Positions 38,812 to 50,841 of a stretch of 64,000 nucleotides of DNA are shown piece after piece. Source of the stretch: Polymyxa betae A26-41 (Eukaryota > Protista > Endomyxa: Phytomyxea). The DNA lies in the NCBI GenBank assembly GCA_003693705.1, contig RBZT01000435.1, positions 1 through 64,000 on the forward strand, written 5' to 3'. Position numbers and translations under genes: made by a program. Positions within the stretch are counted from its first letter, which is position 1; every line of letters starts with the position of its first letter. The notes beneath the pieces are model-generated. The model worked only from the letters and a program-made list of their open reading frames with translations, searched no databases and had not been told where the DNA came from.

Positions 38812-39132
38812 AGGCGACTTTTGCCTTTCAGCAATCTCTTAAAGGGAGACTGCTTTTACAGTGTCTCTCGATAATTCGTTCTGAGTCACATTGGCTGTAT
38901 ACGCAGGAAAGCCAGAGAAAATCCTATTCGGAAGCGAAAAAGAGTGACCGTAGCTCGATAAGGTATGCTATTTAATCAAAACGCTTCGTGTGTTCTAGAC
39001 TATAAATCGATCGCTCCGACGATATTCGGATTAGTTCATCTTAGTTAAATGTAGTGAATGGGTGTTATAGAGATCCATACAATTGCAAATGGAAAGGGTT
39101 TGAAAAACCTATAGAGGAAAGAGAGAGAGAAA

Positions 39133-39144
39133 CCCCAGGACCCC
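39133..39144 (+). promoter_or_regulatory. Candidate promoter motif CCCCANGACCCC
   Basis: In the divergent DIS3L/kinesin intergenic gap, next to a (GA)n tract. Confidence 0.5.
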
Positions 39145-39278
39145 CCAGTTGGGCGCGGACTTGCTCTTGTAATTAAATTCTTGAAGTTACCGCTGGTCGT
39201 CATCTTGTCATCTGCCCGTCCACATTGTATATCTCATATTGTGACCTATCCATTCCGCACGTCTGATTACGTGCAGAT

Positions 39279-41700
39279 ATGCTCAAGAGGCCTACGCCTC
39301 TCGACCAGATGACCGCCCGATTTTCAAGGACTGCTCCTTCGTCGTCGACTGCGGCTTCGAAGCGTCCTGCAAATAGCGAAAATGTTCCACCTACGAATCG
39401 GATAACCTCTAGGGTAACTTCAAGGACGGAGCAAGCTGTAGGACATCTGAAACTTCGCTTTCCTGCTTTAAATGTGGTTAGAAAAAGCCGCCGATTCCGA
39501 CAACTTCATCCATTTCTAAGAAGCGGTTGACTCCTCAAGAGGTAGGAACACATTTCGGTTTTGGGTCATATTGAAAGTATGATGTTCAGCTCCGAGATAA
39601 ATTATCGGAAGCACGGGCGAAAATCAAGGGCCATGTTCAAGAGACGGCGGATGCTAAAACTGAGATATCGGCTTTGAAAGCGAACATCAATGAGCTGGAA
39701 GAGAGTACAAAGACTTTTTCTGAGACCAATGCTGCTCTTATGAAAGATGTTGTTGAAAAGGGTTCGAAAATCGCCTATTTAGAGCAGCAATTGCGTGATT
39801 CGGAAGCTAAAGTTACCGACCTCAACCGAATTGTATGGAAGGATCATCTTTTGCTGAAGTGATTTGTGATTATTATTGCAGATCGAGGACAATAAGAAAG
39901 AGCGTGATGATCTGAACAACAAAGTCGCTTCCGGTTTACAGCTGATCTGCTCGTTGCAACAAGAGATCGTTCTGAAGACCACTCAGTTATCTGCAATGCA
40001 GTCGTTGTCTGAAACCCAAAATTTGAAGATTTTGAACCTGCAAACCGAAAACCAGCAATTGAACGATCTTGTTAAGGTGGGCCTTTACCGTTCTGTTTCG
40101 ATTGCTTTTCTTAAGCCACAATGCAGGAGCTGGAAGAAGCCGCTCATGCTGACGAAATCAAGAGAAAGCAATTACATAACCAGGTTCAGGAACTGAAAGG
40201 CAACATTCGCGTCTTCTGCCGTGTTCGTCCATGTTCAGATGAATCTCCACCGACTGCATTATCATTCCCTGATATGGACAGTATAGAGATTATGGGTCGC
40301 AGTGATACGTCTGTGGATGGGTCGTCTACTTCCAGGTTCGCCAGGTTTAGTTAAGGCCCATAATCGAGCTCACATTGCATATAGGCGAATGCATTCCTTC
40401 CAGTTCGATCGCGTATTCAGTCCATCGTGTACACAGGAGGATGTCTGGCAAGAAATCTCCCAGGTTTGACCTTGCCGTCGATGAAATCGCAAATGTTAAT
40501 CTGAGCGGATCTAGCTGTGCACGAGCGCCATTGATGGATACAAGGTCGCCGTATTCGCTTGTATATACTTTTTAGGATTGCTGTTGTAATATACTTAACT
40601 GGTTTCCAGATGGGCAAACTGGGTCTGGTAAGACGTTCACCATGGAAGGCCCATCGGATAGCAGTGATTCCTCACGCCAGGGCATGATCCCGAGGTCCTC
40701 TCGTAAAGTTCTATCGTCATGGGATTTACCGATAGCACAGAGCGATCAGCCAGATTTTCGAATGTTTCACTCGGTTGGCGGAAAGAAGCTGGTCGTTTGT
40801 ATGTTCGGCATCCTATGTGGAGATTTATAACGAGCAGATATTCGATCTTCTGATTATTGGTCCATCTGGTGAAGATGACCTTAAAATCAAACACGGACCT
40901 GATGGATCTACTGAAATTGTCGGTATGTATATACTCTGTTGTAAATCGCATTTAACAAGTTGACTTACTTTTAATTCAGGAGCTGTTGTCCAACAAGTGA
41001 CCTGCAAAGAAGATCTTGAGCCGGTGAATTCTGGTCGCGCTTCTCCATTATTCCATCTATTAACCCTCTTGATAGCTGCTTCTTCGAGCGAGCAAGAATC
41101 GGTCGACAGCAATCACGAAGCAAAACGAAAGGTCTTCTCGTTCACACTCGGTCTTCCAGTTAACTATTCGAGGGCACAATGAGGTTCGTATTTTTTTGGT
41201 CAAGATCCAGTTCATTTCTTAAACATCGCATTGTAGTTTTCTGGGCAAGATACTGTTGGTGTTTTGAACTTGATTGATCTAGCTGGTAGTGAAAGATTGA
41301 AAAGATCGGAATCTACTGGAGACACTCTCAAGGAAACTCAGAATATCAACAAAAGCTTAAGCTGTTTAGGAGATGTCATCTGTGCACTTTCAAACAAGTA
41401 TGTCGTTACTAGCGATTTCTTCCTATTTTGATCACGTTTTCTCAGATCCAAACATGTACCATATCGTAACAGTAAACTTACCTATTTGTTGCAAAACTGC
41501 TTTGGTGGTGACTCCAAATGTTTGATGGTAAATGACTCTCATTTGACTGCAACATACTGACTGATTGGTGTTTGAAACAGTTTGTGAATATCGCTCCTGA
41601 GGATGAGAACATATCTGAAAGCTTATGCAGTCTCAGATTCGCCAGCAAAGTGAATTCCTGCCATATCGGTACAGCGAAAAGGACAATAAAACAGCAATAA
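39279..41700 (+). CDS. Kinesin-14 family C-terminal motor (Kar3/KIFC1-like)
   Basis: Coiled coil, [23 protein letters not shown] neck, [34 protein letters not shown]. Confidence 0.95.
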
Positions 41701-44078
41701 ATGTCTTGCTTAATATCCCAGAGAAATCTGTCATTGGCCTTCATGCGAGCCTTTAAATCGTCAGCCCTGTAACTTGAACGCACCCTTTTCATGCCTGTTA
41801 GGGTATTTCCTGAATCTCCGCTTCATAGCTTATCAACGAGGTCGCAGATATCGCTTTGTAGCTGGGGGTTCCATGCCACCCAATGGCAGCTCAGAAATCA
41901 GAATGGGACACCGCAGCTTATCGCTGACAATGATTTGACCATGGATTGGATCATCAACGGAGAGCTCAACAGCGACAGATATGATGAACTACTACCTGCG
42001 GTCTGCGGTTTATGTATGAGACCTTCGTCCGGCTTCTTTGCGCCTCTAAACCTAAACACATATTGCCGGGTCCAGTTGGCCGGTGTCACTATACAATCAT
42101 TTCTGAATGTTGACAAGCATAACAGTATTTGAATTCGGCCCATTTTATTTGTTAGATAACTTCTATTCACGACCACGATCGAATCGGTTTGCCATGAGAT
42201 GATTCTGGAATCGATCAGCAATCCTCTGCCTTCACGACTTTACTGTATACTGGAACACTACCAGTTGGCCGATATTGTACTTCATAACAGAAGTTTGCCC
42301 AATCTGGAGGGGCGCTGGAATGCTGGAGTGGTCACGAACCTACAGTCGATATCTGAACTGTGTCATGTTGCGGACTTCGTAGCAATTAGTATATGGTGAG
42401 GCCCCTAATTCTTTATCGACACATACGTGCAACATTGCGCACATGAAGGTCGTTGCCGATTATTTCCCTCGCTACATTGTCGTCATTCTGTATATTGCTC
42501 GCTCACGTCTCATAGAGCCATGTGTCGGGATACTAAACCTAACCCTGAATTGTTCGGGATCACAGGAGGGCAGCGGCGAATGTTACCCGGCCTGCTCATT
42601 ATCATGTTCTTGGTCATGTCTATGATGTCGCAGCTCCCATTGGCTCTCTCTAACCATAATTCATATCTGATCCTGTCTCATAGTAACGGTATGCTATTGA
42701 ACCCCGGAACATTCGCATCTGGCCAGTTATCTGGATCACCAACCACTTCTATAGTCCAAGCGATGCCTGGTCAGTCTACTAACATGACATCTTTTATGGT
42801 TATGTTCGGCGCTCTCGCCACGCTGTTCTACGGTCTCTTTGGACGTTAACTCTTATCAACCTGACATGCCTCAATATTGCTCTGAAACCTGAAACATTGA
42901 TCATCGTGAACAATAAAAACGAACAGAATTGTCGGAACTGGTTTTGAATCAATTATTGAGAGGAGATTGTCTGTTTGATGCTGATTAATCAATCAATAAC
43001 CAGCTCTCACATTTTCATAAATTTGCTTAAGCCCTGAGAGATCCAGAGCAGACGCCTTGCATCAGATATCAATCAAGATCATCTCAATGACTAAAGGTAA
43101 TGGTATGCTGGAATCATTCCACTTATTGGCAAGATTTTTGTCATCGGCATCCATAACAGTTTGTTCCAGTCAATTATCCTATAAAGCATGCCCTGATATG
43201 ATACAGTAAACAGATAGAGGTGCAACCCGCTCGACCTCATGGCTCATGAAGTCATGATCGATCATCATCGCTGAAATCTTTTTCATCTTTCTCTAATTTT
43301 GACGCCGCCGCGTGGCCCGGGTCCCTGGATGAGCCGAGCGCTGGATTGAGACTCTGGGGATCGTCAGTGAGAACAACGATGCTGCCAGGAGTGTGTCATT
43401 CATCTCGGATACTCCGATATCAATGGAATGGATAATATTCCTGATAATTCTGGAACATAGCTGGAACGCCAGAAATAGTTTTGTGCTGCAGTAACAGCAC
43501 CGCACGTTGATTCGCTCTATCCAGTAAATCAGGCGATTCCCATTCGGATACGATTTCAGGCAATCGACTCCAATGGAATCGCCTGAGACAGCTGAACATG
43601 TATCTTATTTCATTATCTGTCGAAGAAATTGCTTTGGGCACGGCTCACCCATCTTCGGGTTAGCACGAATGCATATTCGCTCCAGTCTTAACATGCATAA
43701 AGCTGTTTCCAAATATATATAATGTATTGCCTGTTGCTTGACAAAGCAAGGACGCTTGATATTAAGACAAGGTCTTTCCGAGCTGCGGTAATTAATACCA
43801 CCTGCAACTCCCATTCCATTTTCGATGACGTCGTCGCCGACAACCGCCACCACTTGGGATCCGTTCCCTGACGGAGAGCGACTTAGAGTTCCAGCATCGG
43901 CGCCCGGACGCGGCGGATTTCGTCGGCCGTCGCCTTCGGTCGCGAGTCGTCCGGGTAAATCTACGAACGAAGGTGGAAGTTCTGGAATGAATCGAGACTG
44001 ATGTTACCAGCTGTGTGTCTTCTCATCACACTCACTCCATCTCTATCTTATCCAACACCCTACTTCTGGCCTGTATGG

Positions 44079-44090
44079 CCCCACGACCCC
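44079..44090 (+). promoter_or_regulatory. Candidate promoter motif CCCCANGACCCC
   Basis: 60 bp upstream of the RING E3 start codon. Confidence 0.5.
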
Positions 44091-44150
44091 ACCCACAAAC
44101 CCTCTTTACCTCTCTCCCACTTCGTCTCTCATTGTTTTGATTCGTCGCGC

Positions 44151-45143
44151 ATGGAGCTCAGCGACCGCGAGCGCTTGCCGCCGCCTTCCATCGTCGTCGA
44201 TATCGACAGCGACGAGGCGATCGCTCGCCAGCTACACGAGATGGAAATGGAGAGGGCTGTGCAGCTCGCTCGCCGGAACGATCCTCTAGCGCTGCCGTCG
44301 CCAAGGCTTTTCTGCATCACCAGGCGAGCAATGAACTGGGCCTATTTTGTTTATTTAATACTGGAATTTGCTGCCATGATTCCAGTCATGATATTATCGG
44401 CTAGGGAACGCTTCGTCTGCGAGCATTCCAATCTTCGGGTGTGGATTCTATTATGGGAGTCAAGGATCCTGGTTGCATTGCCATTAGTTGCTGTGAAGCT
44501 CCGCAAACGTCGACGTCAAAGTTTCGCCTTTGATTTAATCAATTCCTTACTGTCCGTTTATATCATCGTGATGTTCTTCTGGGGCAACCTTCTTCTGTTC
44601 GGGCCGGGCGCCTCACAATGCTATGGGAAATCGCCAATCAGCCTTGCTTTTGTCATAGCGGTTATCTCTATTCTCTACGCTTACCTTGCAGTGCCGGTTA
44701 TTGCTCTTACTTTGATATGCCTTTGCTTACCGGTATATTTCATTGTTTGTAAGCTGGCTGTATCTGGCAGATTGTCCTTTGCTCAACGCAATCACAGCCA
44801 CGTTTATCAAAAGCAGCTTGGATCGACGCAATTCGGATCCCATCGATATGGCGAGTTTGCAGACCCGAAAATTCACGAAAGGAGCGGAAACTGAAGGAGA
44901 AGATCCAAAGTACGACAGCAACGACGATTCCCGGATCATCTGGTGAAATGTTTTAGGTGCGCCATTTGCATGAATGACTTTGTGCCCGAAGAAAGCACAG
45001 TGACGACGTTGCCCTGCGGCCATGAATTCGATCGCGAATGCATCGAATATTGGCTGTCGATCAAGAAGCAATGTGCCATCTGCCGGCAAGATATCGGCGA
45101 GAGCATGCGTCTTCGTCCAGATCCATCTCAACCGGCATCGTAG
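44151..45143 (+). CDS. Multi-pass membrane RING-H2 E3 ubiquitin ligase
   Basis: 4-5 TM segments, LICLCLP, CAICMNDF...LPCGHEFDRECIEYWL..KKQCAICR. Confidence 0.85.
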
Positions 45144-45369
45144 CCGAACTGTGGCTGCACCTTTACCAACGACATTTCGTTGCCGGAATCCTGCAACGGT
45201 AATCAGTACGAATCGCTGAGCTAATATATCCCCATCGATGAATAAATCTATGGAGCGATGTCCATGTTTGAAAACCTGTTGGTATTGGACCTTGATCGAT
45301 AGAGGTACTCATCCCATTTTATGTCCTGATTGATCTGTTACTAGCGGCGCCTTCCCCGGATCCTAAATC

Positions 45370-48300
45370 ATGGTCAGTTATATCCCATCTTCTATTCCAA
45401 TCCAATACTGAACTGTGTTCTCTTTCTCCCAACTTCAGAGACAGATAGTAAGACGAAAATGTGACGAGAAGATCCGCTGATTTCTAATGACGAATTTCAG
45501 AGGTTGATTCCAAGCGGATGTCGTGTTCAGGCCGCCCGTGTCCTGGACTCGTCTCGAAATCAGTTCGGGTATTGCGCCACGATGGCCATCTACATTTTCA
45601 ATCTGAACAATTTTACGGTCGAGAAGCTGATCGCTGTCCAGGGCAGGTCGTTCGTACTGTTTTCTCCCGCAATGAGGCATCGGGCAGGCAATTGAGACAC
45701 TCATCTCTGCAGGTCGATTCTCAGTTTCGCCTGGTGTCCGACCGACAGCAACATCCTGGCGTCGGCATCGGGAGATGGGACGGCCATTCTCTGGAACATC
45801 CAGGACGAATGCGTTGTCAAAGAGATCACGATAGGCCATCATATCATGCTCGGTTCGTTCCAGCCCTCAAACCGCCATCACTCGTTAATCAATCAATCCT
45901 TCAGGCCAAATCGATTGGTGCCCGCAAGACACGACCAAGGTCGCCATCCAGACGACGGCCGTACTGATCCCCGTTATTTCCGAGCGCTCTGTTGGGACTA
46001 AAATCGAATCAGGGCGAGATCTATCTCTGGAGCACGACAGCGACGGAGTCCCCGAAAATCAAGTTGATTTATAAAGGCGACGCGACGACGATGCGGTTCT
46101 GTCAGAAGGGGTCGAACGCCCGCCTGGCGCTGGGTACCCAGTCGGGTATGTCGCTGCGTTCAGCTTTCGTAGCGCCATGTCACCGATATTTATAATCGAT
46201 AGGACGCGTCCTGATTCTGAACGTCGATGATGGCAACCGTATTGCAACGATGCCAACACCAGCTGATCTGCGCGAAGGAATTTCCGTCCATGATGTGCGC
46301 TGGGATCCCTGTAGCAGCGCCTATCTGCTCGTGCTGTATTCAGACGGACGCCTGGCCCTGCTCGATACAGAGACGGCGAAGGTCGCCATGGAGTTCGACC
46401 AGCAGGTTCCAACAAGTTTCGGAGGTTGAAAGTTTCAGCCGCGCTGACTGTTTCAATCTCAGAAACGGACGTCCGGCATCGCCTGGAACCCGTTCGTTCC
46501 CGGTCAGTTCTTCACGATCACCACATTACGTTCGTCGATCGATGTCTGGAACGTTTCGCAAAAGTACCCCGGGGGCAGCACGGCTCGGCTGATGCGTGTT
46601 TATTGATGATCGCCGTCGCAGGTCAATGTTGAGCCGACACAAACTGAGCGAGAATCAGGCTGGTGCGCTGACCATCGAGGTGTCGACACACAAGCCGCAG
46701 GTTTTTGTGTCGCTGACGGACGGCAGCATCGCTTTCTTCGACAGCAGATCGAAACGAACACGCTTCGTGACGCAGCCTGGCCATTGGGAGACCATCTTCG
46801 ATTGTAAATTCAAACGTGAGCCCGGCCCCCGGAGCCACCCATCCCTTCATGACATGATGCCTTCGTAGCGCACGATCCCAACGTGATCGCAACGGCGTCA
46901 TTTGACGGCAGTATCAAGATATGGGACGTGGTGACCGGCGAGTTCCGCCTGGAGATGAACGGCCGCCACGGATGCATCTACGCCATCTCATGGGATGCAG
47001 CCACACCTGGCTCATCGTTGCTCAGCTCTGCTGCTGTCGACGGCTCCATTGATATCTGGGACACAGGCAACGGCGCCTTGCTGCGCACTCTGCAGCATCA
47101 CAATCAGGTCCGTTAAAACGGGCCCCGTACCGGCCCATCCGGCGCTTCGCTGATGACTTGGTTTTGCAGCCGTGCTTCCGACTTTGCTGGAACCCGCGCA
47201 ATTCATCACAGATCGTGTCGACATCCAGCGATGGGACGGCGTACGTTAGCGTTTAGGGTTTGGGAGGGTTGGATCGCTGATACCAGGACAGGGTGGTGTT
47301 CAGCCCGATCGGCAGCATTCATACGATGCTCAGGCATCCAGAGGCCGTGTACGGCTGTGATTTCAACCCGTTCAATGAGAACCTGTTGGTAACCGGCTGC
47401 CAAGACGGAATTGTGAGGACATTCGACTCGATGGAATCCGCTCACTCTTATGATGGCAGGTTCGCGTCTTCGACCTGGCCATGTCGTCGAATTCGCCGGT
47501 CTGTGAGCTACGCGGCCATCGTCAACGAGTGTTCAACACGATCTGGTCCCCGCTCCTGCCCAACACGCTAGCAAGCGGCAGCGACGACAAAACCATCCGA
47601 GTCTGGAACACGACCGCGCAGACCTCGGTCGTGTTCGAGGGCCATCACGACCGGGTCCGGGCTCTGGTCTGGAACCCCGAGGTGGACATTGGTGAGGCCT
47701 CGAGTTTAGGTTTTCTGATACCTTTCCGATCTAGATCCCGTTCTTGCTGATCTCAGGATCGTGGGACTCCACGATCAGGGTCTGGGACACGCGCAGCGCT
47801 ACCTGCGTGTCGGTCGTGCAGGACCACCAGTCGGACATCTACGGGCTGGCGACGCATTCGCTGCGTCCGTTCCTGGTAGCGTCGTCTAGCCGCGACACAT
47901 CGCTTCGGTTCTGGAATCTGGACGAGGATGTCGTCATGCGCTTGTTCTTGGCCTCGGCCATCGATCTACGTAATGGCATCGGAAGGTACTGCGACGCCCG
48001 TGCTGAAATCGGTATCACTGGTTGAGAAGATAACGCTCAGATTGCGCGACAAACCCGAGAATGTCATGGCCAGTACGGCTGGGAATCGCGTCTTATGCGG
48101 ATCGGCGTCTCTGGCCGCCCAAAAACTGCTGTTATCGCCACAGACCACGACGTTGACGATGGCGGCGGTCGTGTCGCAGCTCTTCTCGTTCTCAGCTGGG
48201 ACTGAATACCTCTGGAGGCTCGCCGACACCGTAAGTTACCGCTGTCAGCATCTACGCACGTAATTCAAATGGTCGTTTTGTGATGTAGATCTTGTACGGG

Positions 48301-50446
48301 ACGCCGTCAACCGATTGCCCCATCCTGCATTATAGTCAAATTCGAAATTCAATACTGAACCGAGCTAAAGCCCTGGATAAGACACTCTCAGCTCCGTTGG
48401 GAAGGTGACTCTAGTTATAGTTTTCAATTTTAACAACATAGTTGGTTGAATTGCCGCGGGTTGGTTTTTCATTTAAATTCGTTCCTAAAAATGATTCAGA
48501 GCGAGGCAACGTGAGGTGCTTCTGCAGCAAGCTGAGCTGCTTTTGAAGGCGAGTCAGTTTACAGACTACTGCAAGATCATGATCGGGTTGGGTGAATGGC
48601 AGAAAGCGATCTGTATTGCGCCAGCCATCTCAATACAGTACTGGAGGTGCATGAACGGTTAAACCCTAAAATCCTCCTAAACGCCCTCATGCAGAGATCT
48701 GTGCCAACAATACGCCAATCAACTCGCTGCCGAATCCAACATTGAGGCTATCCCCTTTCTATTATCGATTGACGATCGCCAGCAGGCCATCGACTTCTAC
48801 GAGCAGCTCGGTGACCTCGAGTCCGCCGCTGCCGTGGCCGTCTGCGGTCAGAGAAGCTTGCCTTCGGCTGCCTCCGATTCCGCAAATCAGCCAACACCAT
48901 CAGGTTCGCGTCAGATTGTAATTGAATCTTCTCTATATTGATCACCATTCACAGAACCGAATTCAAAGCTAATCGAAGACGTGGTTCGGAAGCGAGCAAC
49001 GCAGCTGTTCGTAGCTGGAGAGGCGGTCCTTGCTGCATGCCAATATCTGTCCATCTCGCAAATTTCGGTATAATTCCAGACTTCGTCGTATCCGCTGTAG
49101 TTCTGAATGTCGTTTTCAATCACCAGCTTGCGATTGACAGGCTTCTGGCTGGATGTGAGTTCCTGACTGCTTTTGTCTTGGCGAGAGCCCTGGACCCGAA
49201 ATGCGTTATGCGATCATCGTATTTCGTCTTAAGAATGGCAGAACGACTTCAGATGTGGTAGGAGACCAAGTCAAAGGCCGATTTCCGTATCTCAAGATAA
49301 TTATTAGGAACGAAATCGACGCCGTTTGGGAGATCAGCTCGCTACCAGCGGCTGATCGGATCTCGCTCTGCCTTCGATATAGTGGCGATAAACCGATCGA
49401 GGCCTTTTGCAAAGAAGTCAGCTCAAAACGAAATACCGTTATGGAGGGCCTTAACTTTTAATGTGCAGAAGGGCGTCCGAATTCCGGACCTCAAAGAGGG
49501 CGTTGGTAGATCGGATCTTTGCACCCGATTACGTTGGATGATATTCAGCCGAAAATACGACGATGCTGTCGAATTGGGTATGCAGGAAATCAAACGTAAG
49601 CGATGCATAATAGCGAATATCGTTGCCATCTAATTGGCGGGTTCCTAGTTCTAACTAGGGGTGATCATTGGAGCTTCGAATCTTGTTGGAACATCATCGA
49701 GATTTTACACAATGCAGATGCTTTGCAGCTCAATGAAAGGTTGGTTCCATTGAACTGGCCCCCCTTCGCTGACAACTAAGGGTTTTTCTCAAGGAATCGA
49801 ATATCGTTGCTTTGCCACTGTTCGTATTTTGGAGGAATCATGGCGAATCGGAGAGGGTTTTCTTCGATTTCGGCTAAACTTTTCGAAAATGCTAGGTGGA
49901 GTGTTGTTCCTTTATAAACGTTTAGGTTATTAAAGGTCCATATGTTAGGTTCTTTTTGAACACCCACGATTGGCTTCAGAACGATTTTCCGGTTGAGGAT
50001 ATCGTGATCGCAATGCAGCAACTGCTTCAAATGTCGAATCATGAAAGCACTTCTGCGCTGGCGAGAACAGTTTTAAATATGTCTTCGAAATCATCAGATC
50101 TGACCGGCTTGATCCATAAGGCCGCAGAGTCTATCCTAAAAGAGTTCGAATCTAGTGGGTTTATCCGGAATTCACTTGTTTATCGTCACTGATATTAGAC
50201 GAAGATGGAAGAGCCGACAAAAGAGGCGAAGTAAACCAAAGTTTGATTCCATCGTATTCTCGTATTCCCTCCGCCCGTCACTCAAAGTTTCCATTAATAT
50301 CTCGGATCTCTGGCCGCATCATTCACGGCGTTCCATTTCCTTTACCAGATGGCAGTGGCTGTGTTGAAAGGTCGGAAGCCATGATGTGGGCGATGGTCAA
50401 TTCGTTTTCTCCATTGAGCTCTGGCAAAAGACTGAATCCTTTCTGA
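45370..50446 (+). CDS. WDR17: WD repeat-containing protein 17
   Basis: N-term M|RQI|RLIPSGC...FGYCATMAIYIF, GHWETIFDCKF, C-term AMMWAMVNSFSPLSSGKRLNPF match WDR17 termini. Confidence 0.85.
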
Positions 50447-50596
50447 AGTATATTTATAATCTGTAAAATTACACAAATTGAATTTCTAGAATTGTCGGTA
50501 AAAGTTACTGTTTCACAATTGCAGACAGCTTTTCATTGTTAGTACTGATCGATCGATCTTCTCCATACTGTATCAAGAAGCTCAACTCCTTGTCCT

Positions 50597-50824
50597 ATGC
50601 AACCGTCGTCTTACGTTCTATGTGACCCGCTAAATCGATCGACTCGGGATCCGTCAGTTCAAGCTGCAAACCAGATGGCCCTCATAACGCTATTCCAGAG
50701 ACAGATTGGCACCTTTGGAAAGAATATTCAAGGACTTCGGGACAAGATGAATAAGTGGGATGACGATATTAAGCTGAATCAATCACCGACCAAATTCAAG
50801 TTCCGGGAAAACCTCTGGAAATAG
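50597..50824 (+). CDS. Possible small hypothetical protein (75 aa)
   Basis: ATG-initiated ORF filling the gap between the WDR17 and MscS 3' ends; no recognisable motif. Confidence 0.25.
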   Translation: MQPSSYVLCDPLNRSTRDPSVQAANQMALITLFQRQIGTFGKNIQGLRDKMNKWDDDIKLNQSPTKFKFRENLWK

Positions 50825-50841
50825 GACTGATTATACTACAT

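Noticed and set aside
41710-43505. TGA recoding (selenoprotein or alternative genetic code)
   Set aside because: Stops include TAA and TAG, and neighbouring genes terminate at TGA normally
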